From: Haliotis rufescens
Lineage: Eukaryota
Assembly: GCF_023055435.1 (NCBI RefSeq)
Contig: NW_025963957.1
Span: 1,550,001 to 1,614,000, forward strand
Reading direction: 5' to 3'
Length of the DNA: 64,000 nucleotides
This document shows, piece after piece, positions 1 through 11,990 of the stretch. The position numbers and the translations under genes are program-made. The stretch's first letter is position 1. Every line of letters begins with the position of its first letter. A model generated the notes under the pieces. That model made no database searches, was not told where the DNA came from, and saw only the letters and a list, made by a program, of their open reading frames with translations.

Positions 1-120
1 TCGGCTGGGAGTCAGTATCCTGTGTTTGAGTGGGGTATTCATGTTAAACTGTGGCATGGTATCTCAGTGAGCTAGCGCTTTAAATCGGCACCAGTCCGGA
101 CTAGTACAAGCAGCCACACA
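1..120 (+). mobile_element. Partial SINE family 1 (body, cut by the window edge)
   Basis: Matches 870-990 (gagtggggtattcatgttaaactg.ggcatggtatctcagtga.ctagc). Confidence 0.8.
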
Positions 121-746
121 CCAACCTCTCGTCCAAAGGAAACGCCGTATTTCGTGTAAACTCCATATTTTAAAATTATTCTAAAACCGTTTAAGTTGAA
201 AAACCTCTGATATAGATACTTTCTCATGGTCCTGGCACGCTAACTATGCCCATTTACATTCGAAAGTTTCCTTTCACCAGTTACTGTTTATGTACTATTC
301 ACAAGAACCAGGAAATACATTGATGTCTGCTACTTCCGAGTGGAATAATTGTCCAAATAATGTATAGATCATCAGATGATCGGTCAGTGTGCAGTGAGGC
401 ACTAGAAGAATATTGTTTGACGCATTCAAAACGACAATGTCATCCACATGACTGCGGCTTGTACATTATCACGTTAGGACCAGACAAACCAGTGATTGAT
501 ATAATGAGAAGAATCCCACGCTTCTGTGTAATATACGATGACAGGCAAACAATCAAGTCAACAAGTCATGGCACCCAATCCACATAAACAGAAGTTATTT
601 GGAACCAGTTTTAATCCGGAATCCCCACGATATGTTCAGTGTATTCATTTGGGAGCATTTTGGTCTGTTAATCTCTTGGCGTTCAGAAATCACATCAAGA
701 CCAAATTGACACAGGCCATAGACGTTTACCTTACAAAGGCATGATA

Positions 747-1067
747 CCGCCTCCGTGGTCTAGTAGTAGAGCGTCCACCCGGAGAGCGGTAGGTCCGGGG
801 TTCGATCCCCGGCCGTGTCATACCAAAAGATGTTAAAAGATGGCATTAAGGTGCTAAAACAAGGACAGGTCGGCTCGGAGTCAGTATACTGTGTCTGAGT
901 GGGGTATTCATGTTAAACTGAGGCATGGTATCTCAGTGAACTAGCACTATAAATCGGCATCAGCCCTGACTAGTACAAGCAGCTACGCAAACACACACAC
1001 GTACATGCACGTCGCTATATAAGTGCAATAATCTTGGACGCGACGTTAAACCCAATTTCACCTCACC
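747..1067 (+). mobile_element. tRNA-derived SINE, family 1 (central domain resembles molluscan Meta-type SINEs), intact with 15-bp TSD
   Basis: A-box/B-box head (gtggtctagtagtagagcg..ggggttcgatcccc); tail tttcacctcacc; TSD tacaaaggcatgata at 732-746 and 1068-1082. Family name is from memory only. Confidence 0.85.
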
Positions 1068-1243
1068 TACAAAGGCATGATATTGAAATGATAATTAGGG
1101 CCAATATGGGATCCGACCCAACGATAGCGTCATAGCTGAAGGACGCAAATATCCACCAACAATTGCAGCATGACTTTTCATGAAAATGCGCTCTCAATAA
1201 AGGATGTTGTCTTTAAAGTATAATAATTCAGTGTGCTAGTTTC

Positions 1244-1428
1244 GTCCTTTTCCTTTTCTCAATCATGACATCTTTATAGCTGTAGCGAGATAAATGACAA
1301 GCCTGTCCTTTTCCTTTTCTCAATCATGACATCTTTATAGCTGTAGCGAGACAAATGACAAGCCTGTCCTTTTCCTTTTCTCAATCATGACATCTTTATA
1401 GCTGTAGTGAGATAAATGACAAGCTTGT
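1244..1428. repeat. 61-bp tandem repeat, 3 copies (2 copies at ~14548-14670, 3 copies at ~45391-45574)
   Basis: Unit gtccttttccttttctcaatcatgacatctttatagctgtagcgagataaatgacaagcct. Confidence 0.9.
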
Positions 1429-1541
1429 CATGTAATCAATGGCATATCTAGTATCAGGAAAGCAGGTACTGTTCCCGTGATGATACCTGCAGTGATTGGT
1501 TAATAACTATTCTTTCACGTTTTGCTCGTTTTGTATTCTGT

Positions 1542-3329
1542 TGCATGTCAGTGTACTGGTGTCCACTCGGCGTATTCCTCTACCTCCATGATACCTCGAA
1601 CACCACTGGGGTGGGGATACTGCATGTCAGTGTACTGGTGTCTACTCGGCGTATTCCTCTACCTCCATGATACCTCGAACACCACTGGGGTGGGGATATT
1701 GCATGTCAGTGTACTGGTGTCTACTCGGCGTATTCCTCTACCTCCATGATACCTCGAACACCACTGGGGTGGGGATACTGCATGTCAGTGTACTGGTGTC
1801 TACTCGGCGTATTCCTCTACCTCCATGATACCTCGAACACCACTGGGGTGGGGATATTGCATGTCAGTGTACTGGTGTCTACTCGGCGTATTCCTCTACC
1901 TCAGTGATACCTCGAACACCACTGGGACGGGGATACTGCATGTCAGTCTACTGGTGTCTGCTCGGCGTATTCCTCTACCTCCATGACACCTCGAACACCT
2001 CTGGGGTGGGGATACTGCATGTCAGTGTACTGGTGTCTACTCGGCGTATTCCTCTACCTACATCATACCTCGAACACAACTGGGGTAGGGATACTGCATG
2101 TCAGTGTACTGGTGTCTGCTCGGCGTATTCCTCTACCTCCATGATACCTCGAACACCAGTGGGGTGGGGATACTGCATGTCAGTGTACTGGTGTCTGCTC
2201 GGCGTATTCCTCTACCTCCATGATACCTCGAACACCACTGGGTATGGATATTGCATGTCAGTGAACTGGTGTCTACGCGGCGTATTCCTCTACCTCCATG
2301 ATACCTATAACACCACTGGGGTGGGGATACTGCATGTCAGTGTACTGGTGTCTACTCGGCGTATTCCTCTACCTCCATGATACCTCGAACACCACTGGGG
2401 TGGGGATACTGCATGTCAGTGTACCTGTGTCTACTCGGCGTATTCCTCTACCTCCATGAGACCTCGAACGCCACTGGGGTGGGGATGCTGCATGTCAGTG
2501 TACTGGTGTCTACTCGGCGAATTCCTCTACCTCCATGAGACCTCGAACGCCACTGGGCTGGGGATACTGCATGTCAGTGTACTGGTGTCTACTCGGCGTA
2601 TTCCTCTACCTCCATGAGACCTCGAACGCCACTGGGCTGGGGATACTGCATGTCAGTGTACTGGTGTCTACTCGGCGTATTCCTCTACCTCAATCATACC
2701 TCGAACGCCACTGGGGTGGGGATGCTGCATGTCAGTGTACTGGTGTCTACTCGGCGTATTCCTCTACCTCCATGAGACCTCGAACACCACTGCGCTGGGG
2801 ATACTGCATGTCAGTGTACTGGTGTCTACTCGGCGTATTCCTCTACCTCCATGATACCTCGAACCCCACTGGGGTAGGGATACTGCATGTCAGTGTACTG
2901 GTGTCTACTCGGCGTATTCCTCTACCTCCATGATACCTCGAACACCCCTGGGGTGGGGATGCTGCATGTCAGTGTACTGGTGTCCACTCGGGGTATTCCT
3001 CTACCTCCATGATACCTCGAACGCCACCGGGGTGGGGATACTGCATGTCAGTGTACTGGTGTCTACTCGGCGTATTCCTCTACTTCCATGATACCTCGAA
3101 CACCACTGGGTTGGGGATACTGCATGTCAGTGTACTGCTGTCTACTCGGCGTATTCCTCTACCTCCATGATACCTCGAACACCACTGCGGTGGGGATACT
3201 GCATGTCAGTGTACTGCTGTCTACTCGGCGTATTCCTCTACCTCCATGATACCTCGAACACCCCTTGGTTGGGGATTCTGCATGTCAGTGTACTGGTGTC
3301 TACTCGGCGTATTCCTCTACCTCCATGAT
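1542..3329. repeat. 79-bp tandem satellite array 1 (~22-23 units)
   Basis: Unit ctgcatgtcagtgtactggtgtctactcggcgtattcctctacctccatgatacctcgaacaccactggggtggggata repeated head-to-tail. Confidence 0.97.
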
Positions 3330-3500
3330 GAATGGAAAGTATGGGTTGTTGAAGACCTATTCCATCCCGGTCTTCAAGGGTCGGATATCGCATGTGCATG
3401 TATTGATAGATGTGTGGGTGCCTTCTCGCACTTCTGATCACCAACTGACTCCTCCTTCCTGTAAACGCTGGTACCAACAGTGGTCCGTCCATTGTCAGGT

Positions 3501-3664
3501 GGGGCGTGGTCGGGCATCCTCGTGGTAAAAGCGTTCGCTCGTCACGCCGAACTCCCGGGTTCGATGCCCGACGTGGGTACAATGTGTGAAGCCTATTTAT
3601 GGTGTCCCCTGCCGTGATATTCCTGGAATATTGCTAAAAGCGGCGTAAAACCACACTCACTCAC
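3501..3664 (+). mobile_element. Short tRNA-derived SINE, family 2 (copies ~18774-18937, 35074-35220, 36360-36480 truncated, 48018-48180, 63428-63575; decayed reverse copies ~12410-12500, 42790-42880)
   Basis: Head gtggt(t)aaagcgttcgctcgtcacgccgaa..ccgggttcgat; 3' ggaatattgctaaaagcggcgtaaaa and (actc)n tail; TSD ccattgtcag at 3489-3498 and 3665-3674. Confidence 0.85.
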
Positions 3665-3974
3665 CCATTGTCAGTTAGATCCCCTGATATGTCCTCAATA
3701 GTCACTGAGTTTACGCCACCAATTGCAATGACACCGATAATGAGCATCACACATCGTGTAGGAAAGAAGACGATAGAAGAGCCCCAGATTCAACATCAAT
3801 ACTATTTTGTACTAATGCAGGAATAATCATAGAAGCTCGTATTTTCACATTTTATCCATTCTCATTTTACATGGTACCAAATATCTCTGCTGGTTTAGCA
3901 AAGATGAACAACATGTGACGAAGGCCTTGGGCATTTACCTTCTCAATATAAGAATTTGGCTTCAAAGTATCATA

Positions 3975-4400
3975 GACCCGTGAAGATCCGGGGTAGAATA
4001 GGTTTTCAGCAACCCATGCTTGCCGTAAAAGGCGACTATGCTTGTCGTAAGAGGCGACTAAAGGGATCGGGTGGTCAGGCTCTCTGACATGGTTGATGCA
4101 TGTCATCGATCCAAATTGCGAGGATCGATGCTCATAATGTCAATCACTGGACTGTCTGGTCCGGACTCGACTATTTACAGACCGCCGCCATAGAGTTGGA
4201 ATATTGCTGAGTGCGGCGTTAAACAACAAACCAAACCAAAAACAATTGCATTACCTTACATTTATCATACGGCGACTATGCTTGTCGTAAGAGGCGACAA
4301 ACAGGATAAGGTGGTCAGACTCGCTGACTTGGTTGATGCATGTCTTCGTATCTCATTTGCGTAGATCGATGCGCATGATGTCAATCACTGGATTTTCTGT
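3975..4400 (+). mobile_element. SINE family 3 (gcttgtcgtaagaggcgactaa core, Nin/Deu-like from memory): one long and one partial copy; paralogs ~19247-19660 and ~48419-48760
   Basis: Dispersed repeat with (caaa)n tail; many fragments elsewhere in both orientations. Confidence 0.75.
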
Positions 4401-5823
4401 GCCTACTTTGACGTCCGAGCTTACCTATAAAAGATTACTGCTGAGTCTACTCTGAGCAATTCTGACAAGTCGAGTCACAGCTTCGGTGTCGCTGTCCTGC
4501 GAAGACAGAAGCTGGTTATGTAACAGGTAATTTGAGCTCATGTTCTTGAAACCTTGTTAGACTGGCGTCGTGGCATTTATTTACATATGTTTGTTTTGAT
4601 ACCCTCTGTGTATTTAGATCCGACGGGGATATGTAACGGATATGTTCTTTACACATCATTCAGAACCACACAAAGGATGATATTGTCAGCTGTGGTATAT
4701 TTACCATTTAGACAGAGAGGATATGTTATATGCACAACTTTAAACGAGATAGAGAGCAAGATGTGTACTGGATATGTTATATATATCATATGTCGTTGAA
4801 TAAATTATATCCTAAAACTCTACCAAATAGAATGAATGAATGAATGTAATGTTTTCCCTCCGTTACGTGTCGATTCCTAAATTGAAACAATATGTTAATC
4901 CAGAAATCTACACGCAAAAGAACTGTGTGAAACCAACAAACAAACAACAAGTGGTATAAAAATCAACAAATGTATTACAAAATTATTACAAAAAAAGTTT
5001 ACAAATCAGCACACATTACTGATCAGCAATTATAATGTAGTAACAGCAAATGTCAGTGATTGTAATATATATATTCACCAAGCGGCGACAGTCATCAAGC
5101 TTCCGAGATTGGCTAGGCAGGGAATCGGGGATGATGAGCGATCCTCACACGAAGGCGTGATGAAAATCGTGTGTGCCCCGAAAAACACACAACGGCCCAC
5201 AACCTACCCAGCCACTGGAAGGTTCCAAACAGTACTCACAACATAGAACATTACAAACATTTCCATATGTTTCAATAACATTCTCTCACAGTCCGCGGTG
5301 CACGGACCGGAACTTTACATACCACACTAGCATCTAAAAATTGTAACTTCCTGGCGACTGCTTACATTGCCCAAATACAATGCAATGAGCGTTTACCGAA
5401 TCTCAACAGAAACAGTGTTACAATCATTGTAAAACAATACAATAAACTGCCATATAACTACACCACATTCTTTGATGTACAAGTTTTCTGCAGATGTTAT
5501 GAAAATGGTTAAATTCAGTGCTGTCTTGCATGCGTGTGTACCAATGAGCAGTATCATGTTCTGTTATCTCGATATGTACGTTTTTATTCCACTTGTCCTT
5601 GGATAGGAAAAGGTCAGTTTCTACATCGGGCAGAACACATTTTTCAAGGCATATCTGTTTCATTTTCACAATCTCGGCTGTCATCGACCACAATCCCAGT
5701 GTCTTAATAGAGATCTTACATGAAACATTTGTACAGTACCTGCAAAGTAGCGACTGTGTATTATATGCCTGGCTTTCGCCTGCATACCAAATAGTTTTTA
5801 AGGAGTAACAAACAAGTGCAAAC

Positions 5824-5950
5824 AAACGTCTCCCGATCACGTCCCAGACGAGCTCATAGGGGGGAAAGGTCAGGACTCAGCCCTTGCCATTGCATTATTG
5901 TTATCTTTGGCTGCTAAAGGTAGTCAGTTACTATACTGCACAGTGGATGT
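5824..5950 (-). mobile_element. Tc1/mariner transposase relic (C-terminal part of the DDE domain)
   Basis: Minus strand translates IVTDYL*QPKITIMQWQGLSPDLSP/YELVWDVIGRRL (one stop, one frameshift), matching the Tc1 motif WPxxSPDLxPIExxW. The element may extend ~5340-6750. Confidence 0.75.
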
Positions 5951-7918
5951 GTCACTCGTGAGTGACACAACGGACCAGCATAGTTCGAAAACGCCATAAC
6001 CTTTGGCGCAAGTGTGTTGTAACTGTAGTACTGTCGAGTGACCCATCAATGGACAGTATGCAGTCCCTTTCATTCTGGCAGTCATATAGCATTCATTGTT
6101 TCCCTATGCTTGTAACTGCAGAAAAAGAAAACACTCGAGCGGAATGTTGGCCACCATGAATATGTATTAGACCCATTACATTCCATGGAGGGTGTTGATG
6201 TTGGGTGCACATATTATGATAGCTGCAACAAATCGAAACTTCAGAAGAATATTATAAGTAGGGTTTTTTCTTACCGCCGTCTAAACAGATTGCTTTTCGC
6301 GAACACCTCGTGTCATCACTGATTTTCAGCGGTCTATTCATATACTTTTCAGAGCTGTTTTCCCTTTGCGCCAAATGGAATCTGTTTGGTCGGATATTCT
6401 CTTGCATTGACAATTTATATTTGACAATAAAAATATCACCTTACTGTCCCGAATCCTGTTCAAGGCATTTTATCAACTTTCCAACCAATTTTTTCACGAT
6501 GAAAACGCGGAAACTGAAAAACAACAAAAGGGTCTGGCCTGACAGTGTTCTTGTCATACTAAGCGTATGAACCAGGCAGAGCACAGAGAAAAGTAATTTT
6601 AACATGACACTGTAGAGGCATGTTCCTGCAGAAGTCAGACTGTTGGTGATTCAATAGGTCATATCCATTTCATCATACATTGACTGCATAAACAAAAATG
6701 CTTTAAACTTTAAATTTACTTACCCCACTTTTGATGCATGTACATGATTTGTATACGGTTCCTAATGTTTCATGTATAATTCTACACTGAAATATTTTCT
6801 GAGAGTGACATCCTCAACTCAGCATACATTCATTGTCAAGTTGAGTACATGTTGCGTTTTACGCTGTTTCGTGACAGCGTGTGACACAACGATGGTATTA
6901 TCATTTGACGGAAAGTGGATGAAGCGGTCGTTAAATATTGCCCTGAGCTTAGCAACAGGCGAACAATTAATTTCTTTCCTCCTTTCCAATCTGGCAAGCG
7001 CCATTGTGCGGATTCCGCGGCATCGAAGGACACTATAATCTCAATCTGGTCATAAGAGTGAGCGATTGTGGTTTTACGCTGATTACAGCATTATTCCAGA
7101 AATATCTGGATATTGTATGTTTGTGGGGAATCGAACCCAAAGGATAAGCAAACGCTGTAATCGCTAGGCTACCCCAACGCCACTGTCATAATAGTTAACT
7201 AATGTCAGCTTGTTGTAAGGAGTGAACTAGATGACTTTGTGTCTTAATTACACAAAGTAATTAGCCATATGTAAAACAATATTCATTCACAAACTCATGT
7301 TGTCATTTCAACGAAAACATAGTAAATCTTGAAGCGCTGACTGAAAATATATTCATATCAATTAACGGAGTCTGACCACCTAATCCATTCACTCGCCTCG
7401 TTCTCCATGCATAGTTTTCTGGGGACTTACAATTGTAGACATGCATTGGTTACAGTTCAAATCATATGATATAAATATGTTTTACTATAGCTTGGGTTGT
7501 GAAGGAATATGTGAAACCGTGATCATTTTAATGTGAATAAAACACATGTTTACTTCAGCAAAACACAACGTATTCACTTACAAAACACTGCACTGATTCT
7601 TTGTACAACATGCACGTAATATATATCCACTTCAGAATTAATCCCTGGCAGTGGTTCATAAAAAGCTTCCTTAACATCTGGAGACGAATACAATAGACGG
7701 TTCTGGGATGTGACATCATACAGAAAATACCTGTATGTAATGTACATCCACTCCAAGATGAATTCCCGGAAGTGGTATACAACAGGCCTCCTGGACGTAA
7801 GGTACTATAGAAAATAACTTAAGAGATCATGATCAGTACATGGTAACACGAATGAAAAAAGACATTGCATCACTTTTAACCAGCCTAGTTACCGATTATC
7901 ATACCACTTATTAAGCCA

Positions 7919-10375
7919 TTATTGTTTCAAATTTGCAATCTGTCTCAGATGTTTCCACAACGCTGTCTGATCTTCAGGGTACTCGTCCACGTGTATTATA
8001 AATTCCTCCTCAACCATGTTCAACAGACACTGGGGAAGGTCCCCTGCTTCAATGTCACCCACCAGTAAGATCAGTATTCGGTTAGGAATGAGGGCATTCA
8101 TGGAGTATATTGCTGCATTGATGGTGAAATGTGACCAGGCAGAGGGGTCTTCAAGGAAATCATGTGATACAACAAGAACAGTCTTCCAACTTTTGTTAAT
8201 ACCTTCTATAATTCCGTCAGCAATGTCATGACCCGGAAGTACTTCACGATCTTTTAAGAAGAGACGCACAGGGTGATTACAAAGCTCTAATGCAGGCCGA
8301 AGTTTCCGATAAACAAAAGGAATGTCAGCTTCACAATATCCAATGTAGAGTGTGAAAGAAAAGTCTTTTCGAGTAAGATACTTGACCCCAAACCCAAGTA
8401 TTCCCATAAGAATATTTATTAATCTAGTTGGATTTTTGGAGATCAGGTAAATTATTAAAATAGACGTCAGGAAGACAGTCAGACATGTGACTGTGAGAGT
8501 TAGGATCCATTTACCAGTACAGTGACGATAGATGCCGAAGTAATCCCTGACAACCTCAACAGTTCTTGTCATTTGTCCATTGTCCTGAATACAAGGGAAA
8601 TTCCTGTCAAACTCATAAATTACTGGTGAGTCCATCAACCACAGGATAAAGTCCAGATTTTCACAGCCACAAGAAAATATGTTGCCTGTAACTATGACTT
8701 TCAGACTGTTTCTTTCAGCTGAGAAATCCAAGTCAGATTGTGTATACTTATCCAAATGTCCTATCATATTATATGACATGTTCAGAAGCGTGAGACGTGG
8801 AAAAGTAGTTGTCACAATGGGAATGGTATCAAATCTGTTTTGCGAAAGGTTAAGATGAATGATTCTATTTTGATTTAGGATGAATGGGAAAAATTGTAGG
8901 TCATTCAACGAAAGATCCAAATATTCGACCACTTTAAGAGCGCCAAACATATTCCGAGCCTTCAACACATCATTGGCAAATTGTAAGTTGCAATCTTTCA
9001 AAGACAAAGTTTTGACGTTTGAAAATGACTTTAAAAATTCTTCAGTAACATTGCCAAGTTTGTTTCCAGATAAATCAACACGCCTTACATTTTCTAACCC
9101 TTTCACACGAACGCGTTTATGTTGTTGGTTGTATCCCAAAAGCAATGTGTCAAGATTTTCGGTGTTTGTAAATGTGATTTCATTATATGTATATGAAAAC
9201 ACGAATGTCCCCGTTACATCAAAATATTGAAGTTTTGGGGGTAGCATCAGAGTCATATTACCCGCTTTTCTCCCATCTGCTTTTGCCCGTATACTGTTAG
9301 CCCCCTCATCACCATGATGTTGATAACTTAAGTCCAGATATCTTAGTCTTGAGAAGACAGCAACAATTAACATAAAATATGGATCTCCAAGCAGACGGTT
9401 TTCTGAACCATCAATCACTTCCAAACAATCACGAATTGGAGACTTGTTTAAAGAACGTGTTTCAATTAAACATATCCGGTTCCCTTTCAAGGACAACTCT
9501 GAAACACATATCTGAGTCAAAAAGCGTGTGCTGTGTTCTGTAAGCATACGATCTTCCACGTCTTCCTTTAAACGAGCTTGGGTTTTTAATGTACTGTTCA
9601 ACCATATTCTTGTCATGTTCCTTCCAACAAGAGGATAAAGAAGATGTAAAACCCTTTGGATACCGATGGCATTGTTGGTTAGTTCCAGATGTTTCAAGAA
9701 GGGCAACGGCTCAAGAACACCAATCTCACAAAATCGTAAATGATGACAATGATTAAGAAGAAGTACCTCAAGTTTTGTTTCATTTAAACTTTGAAATGTT
9801 TCATTTGTTAATTTTGTTAAAGAACATTTATTACCATCCATCTTGAGTACTTTGAGATTTGTCAGTTTGGAGAATCCAGACCCAAAGAAAGCACCTTGAA
9901 CGGGGTCAATGTACAGGCTGTGGAGCTTGGTGAGGGGAGCTAACACCAAATCTGGATATGCTTTCATCTTGTTATTCTCAAGATTGAGTGTATGCAAATT
10001 TCCAAGGTCACGGAAAAGTCCTTCTGGTAAGGAGTTGTTGTGTGAGAGTTTGTTACAAGCAAGAAGCAGAGTGTTCAGACAAAACAGGCCAACCAAGGCA
10101 TCACGTTCCACAGTGATAAGTGAGTTATGGTTCAGGTTTACATACTTCAGACAGCTAAAGTTTTGAAATGTCATATTTCTCACAACTGTAATCTGATTGT
10201 CACTGATGTCAAGAGAGGTAATGTTCCGTGGGAGGTCGTCAGGAATATACAGCAGTTGTCTCCCTTGACAGTCAACAAACAGTTCGCCATATTGGTCATG
10301 GAAAGTACAGACGTGAGTGTTGACCTTTGAGATCCTTACTGCAACCATTATGAGAATTCCGATTGCCGCTGCCAT
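7919..10375 (-). CDS. TLR: Toll-like receptor, type A copy 1 (single cysteine cluster TLR, 818 aa, intronless CDS)
   Basis: Signal peptide MAAAIGILIMVAV; LRR-NT (CTF..VDCQGRQLLYIPDDLP); many LxxLxLxxN repeats; LRR-CT (NIFSCGCENLDFILWL..FPC..HC); TM (WILTLTVTCLTVFLTSILIIYLI); TIR (LFLKDREVLPG..INKSWKTVLVVS..LWKHL). The ORF track start at 10414 is a non-ATG codon. The ATG at 10375 gives the same 2457-bp length as copy A2 and follows a splice acceptor. Confidence 0.95.
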   Translation of the reverse strand: MAAAIGILIMVAVRISKVNTHVCTFHDQYGELFVDCQGRQLLYIPDDLPRNITSLDISDNQITVVRNMTFQNFSCLKYVNLNHNSLITVERDALVGLFCLNTLLLACNKLSHNNSLPEGLFRDLGNLHTLNLENNKMKAYPDLVLAPLTKLHSLYIDPVQGAFFGSGFSKLTNLKVLKMDGNKCSLTKLTNETFQSLNETKLEVLLLNHCHHLRFCEIGVLEPLPFLKHLELTNNAIGIQRVLHLLYPLVGRNMTRIWLNSTLKTQARLKEDVEDRMLTEHSTRFLTQICVSELSLKGNRICLIETRSLNKSPIRDCLEVIDGSENRLLGDPYFMLIVAVFSRLRYLDLSYQHHGDEGANSIRAKADGRKAGNMTLMLPPKLQYFDVTGTFVFSYTYNEITFTNTENLDTLLLGYNQQHKRVRVKGLENVRRVDLSGNKLGNVTEEFLKSFSNVKTLSLKDCNLQFANDVLKARNMFGALKVVEYLDLSLNDLQFFPFILNQNRIIHLNLSQNRFDTIPIVTTTFPRLTLLNMSYNMIGHLDKYTQSDLDFSAERNSLKVIVTGNIFSCGCENLDFILWLMDSPVIYEFDRNFPCIQDNGQMTRTVEVVRDYFGIYRHCTGKWILTLTVTCLTVFLTSILIIYLISKNPTRLINILMGILGFGVKYLTRKDFSFTLYIGYCEADIPFVYRKLRPALELCNHPVRLFLKDREVLPGHDIADGIIEGINKSWKTVLVVSHDFLEDPSAWSHFTINAAIYSMNALIPNRILILLVGDIEAGDLPQCLLNMVEEEFIIHVDEYPEDQTALWKHLRQIANLKQ

Positions 10376-10380
10376 TATGT

Positions 10381-10400
10381 CTGGAAAAGGAATAAACGAG
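10381..10400 (-). promoter_or_regulatory. 3' splice acceptor of a 5'-UTR intron of TLR-A1 (equivalents near 24857, 40895, 54227)
   Basis: Minus strand reads ctcgtttattccttttccAG|acataATG. B copies read cttcttttcttcttttccAG|tcattATG. Pyrimidine tract plus CAG 5 nt before the ATG in all four genes. Confidence 0.75.
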
Positions 10401-11699
10401 GTGATGACTTCCAAACAACGTTTATAATAACATTGTTAGAATGTGTAGAATTTGTATGTTCGCTGTTTTAAAGAACACTTGGTTACGTGTCGACTTTCAA
10501 ATTGAAACAATAAGTTAACTATGAAAACTTTACTCAAAATAATTGCGTGTGAAATCAACAATGAAATGTTCTTCAATTAACAACTGTATTATAAAATTAA
10601 CTAGGTTTACAAATCAATATATATTACTGTAGTAATTACTATGGCAGTACACTCTAGAGTACAATTTAATGGCAGTACAATGACAATGGCAGAATGAAAC
10701 ACAATAGCAGTGGCGAGACCAAGTCAGTGATTATAATATTCACTTAGCAGCAGCGTTTGAGGTTCCTTTGTAGGGACAACAAAGTAAGATTAACTGTGGA
10801 ATTGTTGTTCAAGTGAGTGAAAAACGTACATGAGAAAAAACACAACTGCTATTCAAACATAAGCATCATATACCTGATCATTTCTTTTCAATCAATGTTC
10901 ATAAATGACAAATTACTTTGTATGTTTTAACGCCTCACTATTCAAGAAATATCCAAGCTATGAATAAAGGGTTGAGGTGTTTTTGCTTGTTAGTTTTACA
11001 CCGCACTAAGAAATGTTCGGGTATTATTACGGCGGCCTGTCAAGGCCGGACAATCAAGTGAATGATATTTTGAGCAACGTTCCACACAGTTGGGATAAGT
11101 TTACACGCAATCAGCCAAGTACCCTAATCTGACAAGTAGTTTCATTTAGTCGCCTCTTCCGACCAGTGCTAGGGATCATTACATTCAACCCTGAGTTGCC
11201 AGTTTCATTCTACCCATTGATCAGTGGGGGACCTGGTCCTCAGCGCATTATGCTTGTCGTCAGAGGCGACTAAATGAATCGGGTGGTCCGGCTTGGTGAC
11301 ATGGTTTATTGCGTATCCATAAGTTCTTAACTAACAAAAATATATCTAACATTAAATTCATGTAAAATAGCGTCCAGTTCAATGCCAAAGGGGAGAAATA
11401 ATAAAGACTAAAAAGACAGCCCTGGTATACACCACTAAGAGTATCAAAGTAATGAGAAATATATGTGTATGTTTTACAGCATATTTTACCTCACAATACA
11501 TTTCCAATAAAACATTAAAATATTTTACCTTGAATTCCTTTCTTTAAAAAATGGTATACCAAAGACATTTTCTATTTACAGAGTCAAAAGCCTTTCTGAA
11601 AAAAGCAAATAAACTATAAAACCTATCATTATTCCTCGACAGATACTTTTGTACTAACACTGTAATACGAATGTATCATCAACAGTACTAAACAGCGGA

Positions 11700-11990
11700 A
11701 GAGAAACCAACTTATCTCTTTGGAAATATAAAAATAAGACAAACTGTAGCTTACGTTTGTGCTGTGTCTCGAGGTGAAATGTTGTGTACGATTGGCTCCC
11801 TTCTAGCTTAGTGTATATTTTTAAGTAGCCTCAGTTGATTTATCTATTTTCCTCATGACCAATAGCTTTCCTGAACATTCTAGTTCATATTGTGACGTCA
11901 AACAACATTCAATTCATGACAAAGGCAATTGTTCCACAAGCTTAAGGAAGTTGCAGTTATCAGTGTATTTCCCTCTTCCCGTTGATAGTG
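11700..11990 (-). promoter_or_regulatory. Putative non-coding exon 1 and proximal promoter of TLR-A1 (A2 copy ~42200-42490)
   Basis: Donor-like GTAAGC (GT at 11754-11753); block homologous to 34330-34440 and 35017-35070; CRE palindrome TGACGTCA at 11893-11900; GGAAGT ETS-like motif near 11946; TATAAATA on the minus strand in A2 (42316-42323). Confidence 0.5.

Noticed and set aside
747-820. tRNA genes at SINE heads (747, 3501, 14024, 18300 and others)
   Set aside because: They run into SINE bodies with tails and TSDs and have degenerate cloverleafs.
1542-3329. CRISPR array interpretation of the 79-bp repeats
   Set aside because: The variable parts are point variants of one sequence, not unique spacers; no cas genes; eukaryotic context.
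4420-4960. Solo LTR with a PBS-like TGGTAT
   Set aside because: No clear TG..CA ends or TSD, the PBS match is only 6 nt, and part of the block is homologous to the TLR-A intron.
8016-10330. Plus-strand ORFs overlapping the TLR CDSs (also at 22-24, 38-40 and 51-54 kb)
   Set aside because: Antisense shadows, conserved only because the TLRs are duplicated.
10376-10414. 13-aa N-terminal extension of TLR-A1
   Set aside because: Starts at a non-ATG codon and crosses the splice acceptor; A2 starts at the downstream ATG.
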